Source: Candidatus Nanopelagicales bacterium
GTDB lineage: Bacteria; Actinomycetota; Actinomycetes; S36-B12
Direction: 5' to 3'
Assembly: GCA_049431945.1 (NCBI GenBank)
Contig: JBMTDJ010000004.1
Span: forward strand, 807 to 64,806
Length of the DNA stretch: 64,000 bases
The position numbers and the translations under genes are program-made. Each line of letters opens with the position of its first letter. The stretch's first letter is position 1. Shown here piece after piece: positions 18,355 to 28,211 of the stretch. The notes under the pieces are model-generated. The model was not told the origin of the DNA. It was given only the letters and a program-made list of their open reading frames with translations, and ran no database searches.

Positions 18355-19935
18355 ATGGCCGCCTACTACGTCACGACGCCGATCTACTACGTCAATGACG
18401 CACCCCACATCGGCCACGCCTACACCACGACCGCGGGGGATGTGCTCACACGGTGGCGCCGTCAGCGAGGTGACGATGTCTGGTATCTCACCGGAGTCGA
18501 CGAGCACGGCACGAAGGTCCAGCGGGCCGCGGATGCCGGAGGAGTCACTCCGCAGGCTTGGGTGGACCGGCTCGTCGATGATTCCTGGCGGCCAGTCCTC
18601 GCGACGATCGACGCCGCCAATGACGACTTCATCCGCACAACCGAGCCACGGCACAAGGAGCGTGTCCAGCACTTCTGGGAGACGGTGCGGGCCAACGGCT
18701 ACGTCTACGAAGCGGACTACGAGGGCCCCTATTGCGTCGGGTGCGAGGAGTTCAAACTCGCCGGAGATCTCGTCGCCGGACCGGATGGCAGCGATCTGTG
18801 CCCGGTGCACCAGCGTCCCGTCGAGATGCTCAAGGAGACCAACTGGTTCTTCCGGCTCTCGGCGTTCACCGACGCGCTGATCGCTCACTACGAGGCGCAT
18901 CCGGAAGCTGTCGAGCCGCAGAGTGCCTACAACGAGGTCATGTCCTTCCTGCGCCAGGGCCTGGTCGACATCTCGATGTCCCGCAGCAGCGTCGCCTGGG
19001 GGATCGGGCTCCCCTGGGACGAGCGTCAGGTCGTCTACGTCTGGTTCGATGCGCTTCTTAACTACGCCACGGCGGTTGGCTATGGAGCGCCGGAGGGAAG
19101 CGCCGATGCTGAGTTCTTCGCTCGGACGTGGCCTGCCGACGTCCACCTGGTCGGCAAGGACATCCTGCGCTTCCATGCTGTCTACTGGCCGGCCATGCTC
19201 ATGGCTGCCGGGTTGGAATTGCCGCGCAAGGTCTTCGCGCATGGCTGGCTTCTCGTCGGCGGCGAGAAGATGAGCAAGACACGACTCACCGGCATCGCCC
19301 CCGAGCAGATCGTCGGGCACTTTGGATCCGATGCGTTCCGCTACTACTTCATGCGGGCTATCCAGTTCGGCCAGGACGGCTCCTTCTCGTGGGAGGACAT
19401 GTCTGCCCGCTACACGGCGGAACTCGCCAATGGTCTGGGCAACCTCGCCTCACGCGCCACGGCGATGGTCCAGCGATATCGCGGTGGCGTCCTGCCTGCA
19501 CCGGGGGAGACGACGGCAGCGGAGGAACACCTGCACGCCCTCCTCGCGGAGGTCGTGCCGACGGCTGATGCCGCCATGTGCGCACTTGACTTCGCGTCGG
19601 GAATCGCATCCGTGCGCCGCTTCATCGACGCGGTGAACCTCTACGTCACCGAGCAGGAGCCGTGGGTCGTGGCCAAGGACGAGGCTCGCGCGCCCAGGCT
19701 CGACACGATCCTCTACACCGTCTGCGAGTCGCTCCGGGCCATCGCGACGCTGTACAACCCGGTCATGCCCAAGGCGATGAGCACCCTCTGGGAGCAGTTG
19801 GGTGCAGCGTCCTCTGTGGGTGAGCTTGCTCAACAGCCCGTCGCGAACGTGGCGACCTGGGGTCAATTGCCGCCGGGCTCGGCGGTGTCCAAGGGTGCCA
19901 TCCTGTTCCCGCGCCTCGAGGACGACACCGAGTGA
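18355..19935 (+). CDS. metG: Methionine--tRNA ligase
   Basis: YYVTTPIYYVNDAPHIGHAYTT (HIGH region) and KMSKT (KMSKS loop). 526 aa. Confidence 0.97.
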   Translation: MAAYYVTTPIYYVNDAPHIGHAYTTTAGDVLTRWRRQRGDDVWYLTGVDEHGTKVQRAADAGGVTPQAWVDRLVDDSWRPVLATIDAANDDFIRTTEPRHKERVQHFWETVRANGYVYEADYEGPYCVGCEEFKLAGDLVAGPDGSDLCPVHQRPVEMLKETNWFFRLSAFTDALIAHYEAHPEAVEPQSAYNEVMSFLRQGLVDISMSRSSVAWGIGLPWDERQVVYVWFDALLNYATAVGYGAPEGSADAEFFARTWPADVHLVGKDILRFHAVYWPAMLMAAGLELPRKVFAHGWLLVGGEKMSKTRLTGIAPEQIVGHFGSDAFRYYFMRAIQFGQDGSFSWEDMSARYTAELANGLGNLASRATAMVQRYRGGVLPAPGETTAAEEHLHALLAEVVPTADAAMCALDFASGIASVRRFIDAVNLYVTEQEPWVVAKDEARAPRLDTILYTVCESLRAIATLYNPVMPKAMSTLWEQLGAASSVGELAQQPVANVATWGQLPPGSAVSKGAILFPRLEDDTE

Positions 19936-20777
19936 GGGAGCGCCCCGGTTCGACGGAGCCACTGCCGCGGCCGGTCGTCGATACGCACTGCCACCTTGAC
20001 GTGACTGACCAGCACCTCGGCGAGACCCTTCCGCCCGACGTAGCGATCGCCCTTGCGCGTGAGGCTGGGGTGACACGGATCGTGCAGGTGGGATGCGATG
20101 TCGCCTCCTCCGAGAGGGCGGTCGAGATCGCGCGCGCGGCGCCGGAGGTCGTCGCCGCCGTCGCCCTCCATCCCAACGACGCTCCGCGCATCCGGGACCG
20201 CGAGGGTGCTGAGGGGCTCGATCGCGCTCTGGAGCGCATCGAAGCGCTGGCGGGTGACCCTCGCGTCAGGGCGGTGGGTGAAACAGGCCTGGACTACTAC
20301 CGCACCCGTGAGCCGGAGGACCGGGCCGTCCAGCACGAGTCATTCCGCCGGCACATCGACATCGCCAAGAGGCTCGACCGCACGCTGGTCATCCATGATC
20401 GCGAAGCTCACGATGACATTGTGCGCGTCCTCGACGATGAGGGTGCCCCGGAGCGCGTGGTCTTCCATTGCTTCTCCGGCGATGCCGCCCTGGCACGGCT
20501 ATGCGCTGACCGCGGCTGGTACTGCTCCTTTGCCGGCGTGGTGACATACAAGAACGCGGGGGAACTGCGCGAGGCGCTGGCTGTCGTGCCCCGCGACCTT
20601 GTCCTGGTCGAGACCGATGCGCCGTATCTCACGCCGGTGCCGCACCGAGGTGCCGTCAATGCGTCGTACCTCGTCCCGCTCACCGTGCGCGGGATGGCAG
20701 CGACGCGAGGCGAGCCGGTCGAGCGACTCTGCGGAGATCTCTGGGACAACGCCATGCGTGCCTTCGGTCAGTGGTAG
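19932..20777 (+). CDS. tatD: TatD-family metal-dependent DNase/hydrolase
   Basis: GTGA overlap with met[29 protein letters not shown] and LVETDAPYL motifs. Confidence 0.93.
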   Translation: MRERPGSTEPLPRPVVDTHCHLDVTDQHLGETLPPDVAIALAREAGVTRIVQVGCDVASSERAVEIARAAPEVVAAVALHPNDAPRIRDREGAEGLDRALERIEALAGDPRVRAVGETGLDYYRTREPEDRAVQHESFRRHIDIAKRLDRTLVIHDREAHDDIVRVLDDEGAPERVVFHCFSGDAALARLCADRGWYCSFAGVVTYKNAGELREALAVVPRDLVLVETDAPYLTPVPHRGAVNASYLVPLTVRGMAATRGEPVERLCGDLWDNAMRAFGQW

Positions 20778-21631
20778 GCGACGTGCCGGACGAGCTCCTG
20801 GGCGCCTCGGAACTGCGGGCGATCGCGGCCCGCTGGGGGATTCGGCCCACCAAGCAGTGGGGGCAGAACTTCGTCGTCGATGCGAACACCGTCCGTCGCA
20901 TCGTGCGCCTGGCCGGCACGGAACCCGGAGACGAGGTACTCGAAGTCGGGCCCGGCCTGGGCAGCCTCACCCTCGGCCTGCTCGCGATAGGCGCGCACGT
21001 TACGGCGGTCGAAGTCGATCCAGTTCTCGCCAGCGCCCTGCCGGACACGGTGCAGCGGATGCACCCGGACTGGGCGGAGCGGCTCACGGTCATCGAGGGG
21101 GATGCCCTGCGCGTCGGATCGCTCCCGAGCCAGCCCATCGCACTTGTCGCCAATCTTCCCTACAACGTGGCCGTGCCCGTCGTGCTGCACCTGCTCGCGA
21201 CGCTCCCCTCCCTGCGCTCTGGTCTGGTGATGGTCCAGGCCGAAGTGGCCGACCGTCTGGTCGCGGCACCCGGCAGTCGCACCTATGGGGTCCCGTCGGC
21301 GAAGTTCGCCTGGTTTGCGCACGGGGAGCGTGCCGGATCCGTCCCCGCGAGCGTGTTCTGGCCCGTTCCGCGGGTGGAGTCCGGTCTCGTGTCATTCCAG
21401 CGGCACGAGCCGCCGGCGACCCTGGCGTCGCGGGCCGAGGTTTTTGCCGTCGTCGATGCCGCGTTCGCCCAGCGCCGCAAGACCCTGCGCGCAGCATTGG
21501 CGGGCTGGGCGGGCTCGGCTGCAGCGGCCGAGGAGATCCTGCTCCGCGCGGGTGTCGATCCGAGCGCGCGCGGCGAGAGCCTGGATATCGCCGCCTTCGC
21601 GCGAATAGCAGCCGCTCGCATGATCGCGTAG
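20771..21631 (+). CDS. rsmA: 16S rRNA (adenine1518/1519-N6)-dimethyltransferase
   Basis: [22 protein letters not shown] and [10 protein letters not shown] are KsgA signature blocks. 7-nt overlap with tatD. Confidence 0.95.
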   Translation: MVGDVPDELLGASELRAIAARWGIRPTKQWGQNFVVDANTVRRIVRLAGTEPGDEVLEVGPGLGSLTLGLLAIGAHVTAVEVDPVLASALPDTVQRMHPDWAERLTVIEGDALRVGSLPSQPIALVANLPYNVAVPVVLHLLATLPSLRSGLVMVQAEVADRLVAAPGSRTYGVPSAKFAWFAHGERAGSVPASVFWPVPRVESGLVSFQRHEPPATLASRAEVFAVVDAAFAQRRKTLRAALAGWAGSAAAAEEILLRAGVDPSARGESLDIAAFARIAAARMIA

Positions 21632-21652
21632 TTCCGCCGATACGGTCATCAC

Positions 21653-22582
21653 GTGAGATCGGTGAGCACGTCGGCCAGTGCGGTTGCGCCGGCCAAGATC
21701 AACCTGAGCCTGCGAATCCTCGGGGTACGCGACGACGGCTACCACGAGATCTCCACTGTCTTCCACGCCGTGTCCCTCTGCGACGAAGTGCGCATCCGAC
21801 CCGGTGCCGTGGGCAGCGGCTGCTCAGTGAGCACGTCGGGTGACCGCATCGAGTCCGTTCCCACGGATGAGGGCAATATCGCCGTCCGCGCCGTGCGCGA
21901 ACTCGCGCGCTTCGCGGGCATCGATCAGGTCGATGTCGTCATTGAGATCACCAAGGTGATTCCGGTCGCCGCGGGAATGGCGGGCGGTAGCGCGGATGCC
22001 GCTGCGGCGCTCGTTGCGGCCCGTGCGATGTGGGGCGTTCCGGTCGACGACGATGACCTGCACGCGATTGCCGCCGGACTCGGCTCGGATGTGCCATTCG
22101 CGCTGATTGGCGGGACGGCGAGGGGCTTGGGTCGCGGCGAGGTGCTCGCGTCAGTGCTGTCGACCTCCTCGCTGCACTGGGTCATCGCGGTGAGCGACGG
22201 CGAGCTGTCCACGCCGGCTGTCTATGCCGAGTGGGACAGGCTCGTCGCCGCTGGAGACTGCCAGCCATCGGACGGTGCGGACGACAGGGACCTCCTTGCC
22301 GCGCTGAGAAGCGGGGTGGCCCCGGACATCGCGGTGCATCTGGTCAACGACCTGCAGCCGGCAGCGATATCGCTGCGGCCATCGCTGACCGATGTCCTCG
22401 CCGCCGGAACCGAGCTTGGAGCTCTCGCCGGCCTGGTGTCGGGCAGCGGTCCGACGTGCGCCTTCCTCGCGGCAGACCGCGACGAGGCAATCGGCCTCGC
22501 CGCCGAGCTCTCCGGGCTCGGACTTGTGCGAGCAGTGAGGTATGCCGTGGGCCCGCACCCGGGCGCCCGCGTCATGCCCTGA
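21653..22582 (+). CDS. ispE: 4-diphosphocytidyl-2-C-methyl-D-erythritol kinase
   Basis: APAKINLSLRILG.R.DGYHEI, KVIPVAAGMAGGSADAAAAL (GHMP kinase motif) and GSGPTCAFL. Confidence 0.95.
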   Translation: MRSVSTSASAVAPAKINLSLRILGVRDDGYHEISTVFHAVSLCDEVRIRPGAVGSGCSVSTSGDRIESVPTDEGNIAVRAVRELARFAGIDQVDVVIEITKVIPVAAGMAGGSADAAAALVAARAMWGVPVDDDDLHAIAAGLGSDVPFALIGGTARGLGRGEVLASVLSTSSLHWVIAVSDGELSTPAVYAEWDRLVAAGDCQPSDGADDRDLLAALRSGVAPDIAVHLVNDLQPAAISLRPSLTDVLAAGTELGALAGLVSGSGPTCAFLAADRDEAIGLAAELSGLGLVRAVRYAVGPHPGARVMP

Positions 22583-22588
22583 GATCTA

Positions 22589-23188
22589 CTACGCGGTCAC
22601 CGAACGCGGCTTGGGCTCCAGGTGGGCCAAGCCGTTCCACGCAAGGTTGACCAGGTGGGCGACGACCTCGTCCTTGCGCGGCTTGCGTGCATCAAGCCAC
22701 CACTGTCCCGTCAACGCTGTCATTCCGACGAGCATCTGCGAGTACATGGGCGCTAGTCGCGTGGGCAGACCGTGTGCTTTGAACTGCTCGGCCAGCAGGT
22801 ACTCGACCTGGCCGGCCACATCGACGATGAGGCTCGCGAACGAGCCCGTCTGCTGGGAGACGGGGGAGTCGCGCACGAGGATGCGGAATCCGTCCGGCTG
22901 GGACTCGATGTAGTCGAAGAGCGCCATCCCCGCCTGCTCGAGCAGTTGGCGGGGATGCGTGCCCTGAAGGGCGCCGCTGATCGTGGTGAGGAGCTGGTTC
23001 ATCTCCCGGTCCACGACGACGGCGTACAGTCCCTCCTTGCCGCCGAAGTGCTCGTACACCACAGGCTTGGAGACACCGGCGGTAGCGGCGATCTCCTCGA
23101 CGCTGACGGCCTCGAAGCCCTTGTCTGCGAAGAGTGTGCGACCGACGGAGATGAGCTGCTCGCGCCGTTCGCGCCCCGACATGCGCAT
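22589..23188 (-). CDS. TetR-family transcriptional regulator
   Basis: Track ORF 22589..23329, trimmed to MRMSGRERREQLISVGRTLFADKGFEAVSVEEIAATAGVSKPVVYEHFGGKEGLY (TetR HTH). 17 nt downstream of the desaturase gene on the same strand. Confidence 0.9.
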   Translation of the reverse strand: MRMSGRERREQLISVGRTLFADKGFEAVSVEEIAATAGVSKPVVYEHFGGKEGLYAVVVDREMNQLLTTISGALQGTHPRQLLEQAGMALFDYIESQPDGFRILVRDSPVSQQTGSFASLIVDVAGQVEYLLAEQFKAHGLPTRLAPMYSQMLVGMTALTGQWWLDARKPRKDEVVAHLVNLAWNGLAHLEPKPRSVTA

Positions 23189-23205
23189 GGGAAGTCCTCG
23201 CCGGC

Positions 23206-24209
23206 CTAGGCCGCGGGCGAGCTCGGGAGGGCGCTCCCGGCGGTGTCGAGATCGGGTGTCCATCCACGAATTCGTCGGCGGATCGCCGGATCCTGGACCT
23301 TGGCAGCGAGTCGTGCCGGACTCGGCCATCGCACGTCGCGGGCGAGGCGAAGCCGCTCCATCGTCCGGATGATTCCGGCGCTGATGTCGACCTGACCTTG
23401 CAGCACGCCGTGGCGCGCTGCGGTGGGTTCCGCGTGATGCAGGTTGTGCCAGGACTCGCCCAGCGAGGGCAGGGCGAGCCAGCGGTTGTTCGTCGAGTTG
23501 TCACGAGTGCGGAAGGGTCGCTGGCCGAAGACGTGGCAGATGGAGTTGATCGACCACGTGATGTGATGGACGAGGGCGATCCGGACGAGCCCAGCCCAGA
23601 AGAGAGCGGTGAGTGCTCCCTCCCATGACCAGGTGATGAGCCCGCCGAGGATGGCGGGGGCGATGATCGACGACGCCACGATCCACGGGAAGAGCCGGGA
23701 GACGCGGCGGAGTGCGGATTGGGATCTGATGTCCGGGGCGTACCGATCGATCGAACTCTGCTGTCCGTCGAAGAGCCAGCCGACATGCGCGAAGACCAGG
23801 CCCTTGGCGACTGCGCGGCGCGTGGTGCCGTAGCGCCACGGGCTGTGCGGATCGCCCTCCTCATCGCTGCGCGCATGGTGACGTCGATGGTCGGCGACCC
23901 ATTGATCGAGTGAGCCTTCGATCGCGGTCGATCCCGCGACCGCGAGCATCACCGAGACCCAGGTGGGTGCCTTGAACGATCCGTGAGTGAAGTGGCGGTG
24001 GAAGCCGACCGTGATCCCGGCCGCAGCGATGACGTAGAACACCCCGGCGAGAATGAGGTCAGTCCAGCCAAGCCAGCCGCCCCACGCCACGGGCACCGCG
24101 AGGGCGACCGCGAGTAGGGGTACTCCGACGAAGACGCCGATGGTCGTGCGCATCCCGCTGGCCATCGGCTCTGTCGCGGGCCGCGCGGGGGATGCGTCTG
24201 GCTCGACTA
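23206..24209 (-). CDS. Membrane acyl-CoA/acyl-lipid fatty-acid desaturase (DesA3/stearoyl-CoA delta-9 type)
   Basis: Track ORF 23206..24357, trimmed to MTAVVEPD (the extension would run into tRNA-Gln). Three His boxes are readable: HRHFTH, HRRHHARSD, HNLHH. Confidence 0.88.
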
Positions 24210-24236
24210 CGGCAGTCATGTGCTCTCCCTGGCCGG

Positions 24237-24263
24237 CGGCAAAACCTACGCAACCGTAACCTA
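24237..24263. promoter_or_regulatory. Inverted repeat TACGCAACCGTA-acc-TACGGCTGCGTA, candidate TetR operator
   Basis: 12-nt arms with 11/12 complementary. It begins 27 nt upstream of the desaturase start codon, and a TetR gene is co-transcribed with the desaturase. Confidence 0.45.
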
Positions 24264-24342
24264 CGGCTGCGTAACCTGTCCAGGACCGGGCGCGGGAAGG
24301 GAGCCTGGGAGACTTCTCGGTGGAGCCCCCACACGGGCACCA

Positions 24343-24413
24343 TCCCGGCTCGTCCAATGGCAGGACAAGAGACTTTGGATCTCTGAATGGGGGTTCGACT
24401 CCCTCGCCGGGAG
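24343..24413 (+). tRNA. tRNA-Gln (anticodon TTG)
   Basis: TCCCGGC-TC-GTCC-AATGGCA-GGAC-A-AGAGA-CTTTGGA-TCTCT-GAAT-GGGGG-TTCGACT-CCCTC-GCCGGGA-G. Full cloverleaf; CCA is not encoded. Confidence 0.93.
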
Positions 24414-24489
24414 CACGTGCGCCAGGGGGTAGGGTGCCGACGTCGGCTGCCCCGATCGGGGCGATCCTTCTCGTGGAGGTTCGTGAGCG

Positions 24490-25950
24490 GTGACGTCGCA
24501 GGGACCGATCGTCATCGTCCTCGCCGCGGGTGAGGGAAAGCGCATGCGCTCAGCCACCCCGAAGGTGCTGCATTCCATCGCGGGCCGGTCGCTCATCGGG
24601 CACGTGCTCGAAGCTGCATCCGCCGTGGATCCATCTCACGTCGTCGTCGTCATCGGATCCGGCGGCGACCAGGTGCTCGCGCACCTCGAGGAGATCGCAC
24701 CCTGGGTCGACACGGTCGTCCAGTCGGATCAACTCGGCACCGGACATGCGGTGCGTGTCGCCATGTCGGCGCTCGCTGCGGCACAGACCCTTCCCGCCGC
24801 ACCGATCGTCGTACTCAGTGGTGACACGCCACTGCTCACAGGGGCCACGGTGCGCCTGCTCGTGGACGGGCAGAACTCCAGTGGCGCGGCGGCCACGCTG
24901 CTAAGCGCCGTGCTCGACGACCCCGATGGCTACGGACGCGTCGTGCGCGGTCCGGATGGGTCCGTGGATGGAATCGTGGAACACCGCGACGCGGATCCCC
25001 AGGTGCGGCAGATCCGCGAGATCAACGCGGGGATGTACGTCTTCGACCCGATTCGGCTTCTTCCCGCACTCGACCGGCTAACGAGGGACAACGACCAGGG
25101 CGAGGAGTACCTCACCGACGTCATCGGATTGCTGCGAGCCGAAGGTGCCAGCGTCGCCGGCATCGTCGTGCCCGACTCGCAGGAGATCCTTGGCGTGAAC
25201 GATCGCGTACAGCTCGCCGAGGCGGCAGCCGTGATGCGCGATCGGATCAACGATCGATGGATGAGGGCCGGTGTCTCCATGCTCGATCCGTCGACGACCT
25301 GGATCGACGTCGACGTCGATATCGCTGAGGACGTCACGCTCCTTCCCCAGACCTCGCTGCTGGGGCCCACCTCCGTATCGAGAGGGGCGCGCATCGGACC
25401 AGGTACGACACTCACCTCATGCGAGGTCGGCGAAGGTGCGACGTTGATCCATGCCTGGGCCGAACTCGCAGTCATCGATGCTGGAGCGAGCATTGGCCCG
25501 TTCACCTACCTGCGGCCTGGATCGCGGATCGGTGAGCGTGCGCGCGCGGGTGCCTTCGTGGAGATGAAGAACGCCGATATCGGCGCGGGAGCCAAGGTGC
25601 CGCACCTGTCGTACGTGGGAGATGCCGAAGTGGGGGAAGGCTCCAATATCGGAGCGGCCACCATCTTCGTCAACTACGACGGCCAGGAGAAGCATCGGAC
25701 GGTGATCGGCCGACACGCGCGCATCGGAAGCGACACGATGCTCGTGGCCCCCGTGACGGTAGGCGACGGCGCCTACACGGCGGCTGGGTCGGTGATCACC
25801 GAGGACGTGCCGCCTGGCGCGATGGCGGTGGGAAGGGCTCGCCAGCGCAACATCACCGAGTGGGTGCAGCGCAAGCGGCCCGGAAGTGAATCGGCGCGTG
25901 CCGCCGACGAGGTCCACGATCAGCCCCCGACGAGCGAGGAGACATCGTGA
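24490..25950 (+). CDS. glmU: Bifunctional UDP-N-acetylglucosamine diphosphorylase / glucosamine-1-phosphate N-acetyltransferase
   Basis: [20 protein letters not shown]-terminus. The C-terminal left-handed beta-helix hexapeptide repeats are visible (IG.GA.V...). Confidence 0.96.
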   Translation: MTSQGPIVIVLAAGEGKRMRSATPKVLHSIAGRSLIGHVLEAASAVDPSHVVVVIGSGGDQVLAHLEEIAPWVDTVVQSDQLGTGHAVRVAMSALAAAQTLPAAPIVVLSGDTPLLTGATVRLLVDGQNSSGAAATLLSAVLDDPDGYGRVVRGPDGSVDGIVEHRDADPQVRQIREINAGMYVFDPIRLLPALDRLTRDNDQGEEYLTDVIGLLRAEGASVAGIVVPDSQEILGVNDRVQLAEAAAVMRDRINDRWMRAGVSMLDPSTTWIDVDVDIAEDVTLLPQTSLLGPTSVSRGARIGPGTTLTSCEVGEGATLIHAWAELAVIDAGASIGPFTYLRPGSRIGERARAGAFVEMKNADIGAGAKVPHLSYVGDAEVGEGSNIGAATIFVNYDGQEKHRTVIGRHARIGSDTMLVAPVTVGDGAYTAAGSVITEDVPPGAMAVGRARQRNITEWVQRKRPGSESARAADEVHDQPPTSEETS

Positions 25951-26942
25951 GCGAGTTGAGAGTGCCCCCGAGCAAGCGCCTGGTGCTCCTCACGGGGCGA
26001 GCGCATCCCGACCTCGGCGAGGAGGTGGCTACTCACCTGGGCACCGACCTATGCCCGGTCAATGCATATGAGTTCGCCAACGGCGAGATCTTCGTGCGAT
26101 TCAAGGAGTCGGTGCGTGGCTGCGACGCGTTCGTGATGCAAAGTCACACGACTCCCATCAACACGTGGATCATGGAGCAGTTGATCATGGTGGATGCACT
26201 CAAGCGCGCATCCGCGAAGCGCATCACGGTCATCGCGCCCTTCTACGGCTATGCCCGCCAGGACAAGAAGCATCGTGGACGCGAGCCCATCTCGGCCCGT
26301 CTCATGGCCGACCTGTTCAAGGCTGCCGGGGCCGATCGCCTCATCACGGTGGACCTGCACACATCCCAGATCCAGGGCTTCTTCGATGGTCCCGTCGACC
26401 ACCTATTCGCCCTGCCGCTGCTTGCCGAGCACATCTCCGATCGCGTCGATCGTGACCGCATCACCGTGGTCTCGCCCGACGCCGGTCGCGTCCGCGTGGC
26501 CGAGAAGTGGACCGACATTCTCGGTGCGCCGCTCGCCATCATCCATAAGCGTCGCGATCCCGATACCCCCAATGAGGTGCGTGTCTTCGAGGTCGTTGGC
26601 GACGTACGTGACCGCGTGTGCATCGTCGTCGACGACATGATCGATACCGGTGGCACCATCGTGAAGGCCGCCGACACCCTCTTCGAGAATGGCGCGGCCG
26701 AGGTGATCGTCGCCGCCACGCACGCCATCCTCAGTGAGCCGGCAGCGCAACGGCTTCAGGATTCGCGCATCAGCGAGGTCGTTGTCACCAACACCCTGCC
26801 GATCCCTGAGGAGAGGCGCTTCGACAAGCTCACGGTCTTGTCCATCGCCCCACTCCTCGCCCAGGCAATCTACGAGGTCTTCACGGATGGGTCGGTCACG
26901 CGAATGTTCGAGACCCCCGAACACGTTCCCGCGACCCCCTGA
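25947..26942 (+). CDS. prs: Ribose-phosphate diphosphokinase
   Basis: GTGA overlap with glm[26 protein letters not shown] and [11 protein letters not shown] (PRPP-binding loop). Confidence 0.96.
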   Translation: MSELRVPPSKRLVLLTGRAHPDLGEEVATHLGTDLCPVNAYEFANGEIFVRFKESVRGCDAFVMQSHTTPINTWIMEQLIMVDALKRASAKRITVIAPFYGYARQDKKHRGREPISARLMADLFKAAGADRLITVDLHTSQIQGFFDGPVDHLFALPLLAEHISDRVDRDRITVVSPDAGRVRVAEKWTDILGAPLAIIHKRRDPDTPNEVRVFEVVGDVRDRVCIVVDDMIDTGGTIVKAADTLFENGAAEVIVAATHAILSEPAAQRLQDSRISEVVVTNTLPIPEERRFDKLTVLSIAPLLAQAIYEVFTDGSVTRMFETPEHVPATP

Positions 26943-27086
26943 GGGGTCGGGGCCCGGCGTCGGCTAGAGTCTGCTCGCTCCTCGGCGAGGGTGCGCTCAG
27001 CACCGTGATCGACGTGGCCGCTGGCCGCACCGCGCCGTGGCTGCAGTGCCGGAGGACGTCTCCGGACACCGACGAGGAGGACGCAC

Positions 27087-27554
27087 GTGAACATCCGCCT
27101 GGACGCCGAGCCCCGCTCCGACTTCGGCAAGGGTGCGGCGCGCCGGTTGCGGCGCGCCGGGCGCATTCCTGTTGTTCTCTACGGCGGCGGCGCCGAACTC
27201 GTCCACCTCTCCCTTCCCGGTCACGATCTTGAGCAGGCGCTGCGCAAGCCCAAGGTGACCCTCGAGATCGTGAACGGGTCCTCGACTACCCTCGCCAAGC
27301 CGCGCGATGTCCAGCGTGACCCTGTGCGCCGCACCGTCGAGCACGTCGATCTCATCATCGTCACCGCGGCCGAGGCGCGCGAGCGTGCCGCCGAGGCGGA
27401 GATCCTCGTTGCTGAGGCGGCTGCCGCCGCGGAGGCCGCAGCCACAGCACCGGAACCCAAGGGCCCGGCCGCTGAGCCTGAGACCGCCGCCGATGCCGAG
27501 GCGACCGAATCGGACGAAGCCGGCGACGCCGACTCCGCGGACGACGGATCCTGA
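27087..27554 (+). CDS. rplY: 50S ribosomal protein L25 (single N-terminal domain plus Ala/Glu-rich acidic tail)
   Basis: FGKGAARRLRRAGRIPVVLYGGG....VQRDPVRRTVEHVDLIIV matches the L25/Ctc N-domain. Residues ~97-155 are low complexity (AAEAEILVAEAAAAAEAAATAPEP...SDEAGDADSADDGS). No Ctc C-terminal beta-domain is recognisable. Confidence 0.88.
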   Translation: MNIRLDAEPRSDFGKGAARRLRRAGRIPVVLYGGGAELVHLSLPGHDLEQALRKPKVTLEIVNGSSTTLAKPRDVQRDPVRRTVEHVDLIIVTAAEARERAAEAEILVAEAAAAAEAAATAPEPKGPAAEPETAADAEATESDEAGDADSADDGS

Positions 27555-27589
27555 GGCTCTTCCGGCGCGCTCGCGAGGACCGCGACGAC

Positions 27590-28162
27590 ATGCCTGCCTG
27601 GCTCGTCGTGGGTCTGGGCAATCCCGGACCGGAGTACGGCCGCACGCGTCACAACGTCGGTGCCATGGCCGTCGAGGCGCTGGCCGAGCGCTGGGGCGGC
27701 CGCCTGAAGTCCGATCGATACACCCGCTGCGACGTCTTCGACACGCGCTGGCAGGGACATCGAGTCGTCCTCGCCCGCGGACGGTCCTACATGAACGAGT
27801 CGGGGGGGCCGGTTCGGGCGCTGGCCGATCACTTCAACATCCCGGTCGAGCGCACGATCATCGTCCATGACGAGCTGGACATCCCCTTCGCGGCGCTGAG
27901 GGTCAAGCACGGCGGTGGCGACGGCGGCCACAACGGGCTCAGGAGCATCCGCCGCGTCGTCGGCAGTGGCGACACCATCCGTATCCGCATCGGCATCGGG
28001 CGCCCTCCGGGCCGTCAGGATCCTGCTGACTACGTGCTCAAGGCCTTCAGTGGCAGTCAGCGAGAGGAGCTTCCGGAACTTCTCGACCGTGCAGGCGATG
28101 CCATTGAGTGCGTGATCGACGACGGCGTCTCGGACGCTCAGAACAGGTTCAACTCAGACTAG
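27590..28162 (+). CDS. pth: Peptidyl-tRNA hydrolase
   Basis: WLVVGLGNPGPEYGRTRHNVG, SYMNESG and HDELD...G.GGHNGLRS motifs. Confidence 0.96.
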   Translation: MPAWLVVGLGNPGPEYGRTRHNVGAMAVEALAERWGGRLKSDRYTRCDVFDTRWQGHRVVLARGRSYMNESGGPVRALADHFNIPVERTIIVHDELDIPFAALRVKHGGGDGGHNGLRSIRRVVGSGDTIRIRIGIGRPPGRQDPADYVLKAFSGSQREELPELLDRAGDAIECVIDDGVSDAQNRFNSD

Positions 28163-28211
28163 ATTGGGTGCTCTTCGCTGAGTCAACCCCGCGGCCTCTG
28201 GAGGCACCGAT

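Noticed and set aside
18070-19320. 416-aa ORF antisense to metG
   Set aside because: The opposite strand encodes a full MetRS with HIGH and KMSKT motifs. The antisense translation has no domain signature. High-GC artefact.
24210-24357. N-terminal extension of the desaturase ORF (track 23206..24357)
   Set aside because: The extension would overlap tRNA-Gln (24343..24413) and the inverted repeat. MTAVVEPD at 24209 has a GGGAGAG SD, and the protein's first TM and His box follow normally.
26943-27086. Possible ribosomal-protein leader upstream of rplY (hairpin CCGGAGgacgTCTCCGG just before the SD)
   Set aside because: There is only one short hairpin, and I know of no L25 autoregulatory leader in actinobacteria. 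Evidence is insufficient beyond a generic 5' UTR or prs terminator.
27370-27554. Possible tandem DNA repeat in the Ala/Glu-rich tail of rplY
   Set aside because: The gcc/gcg/gag codon runs recur, but I could not define a repeat unit with a consistent period. It is better described as low-complexity coding sequence.
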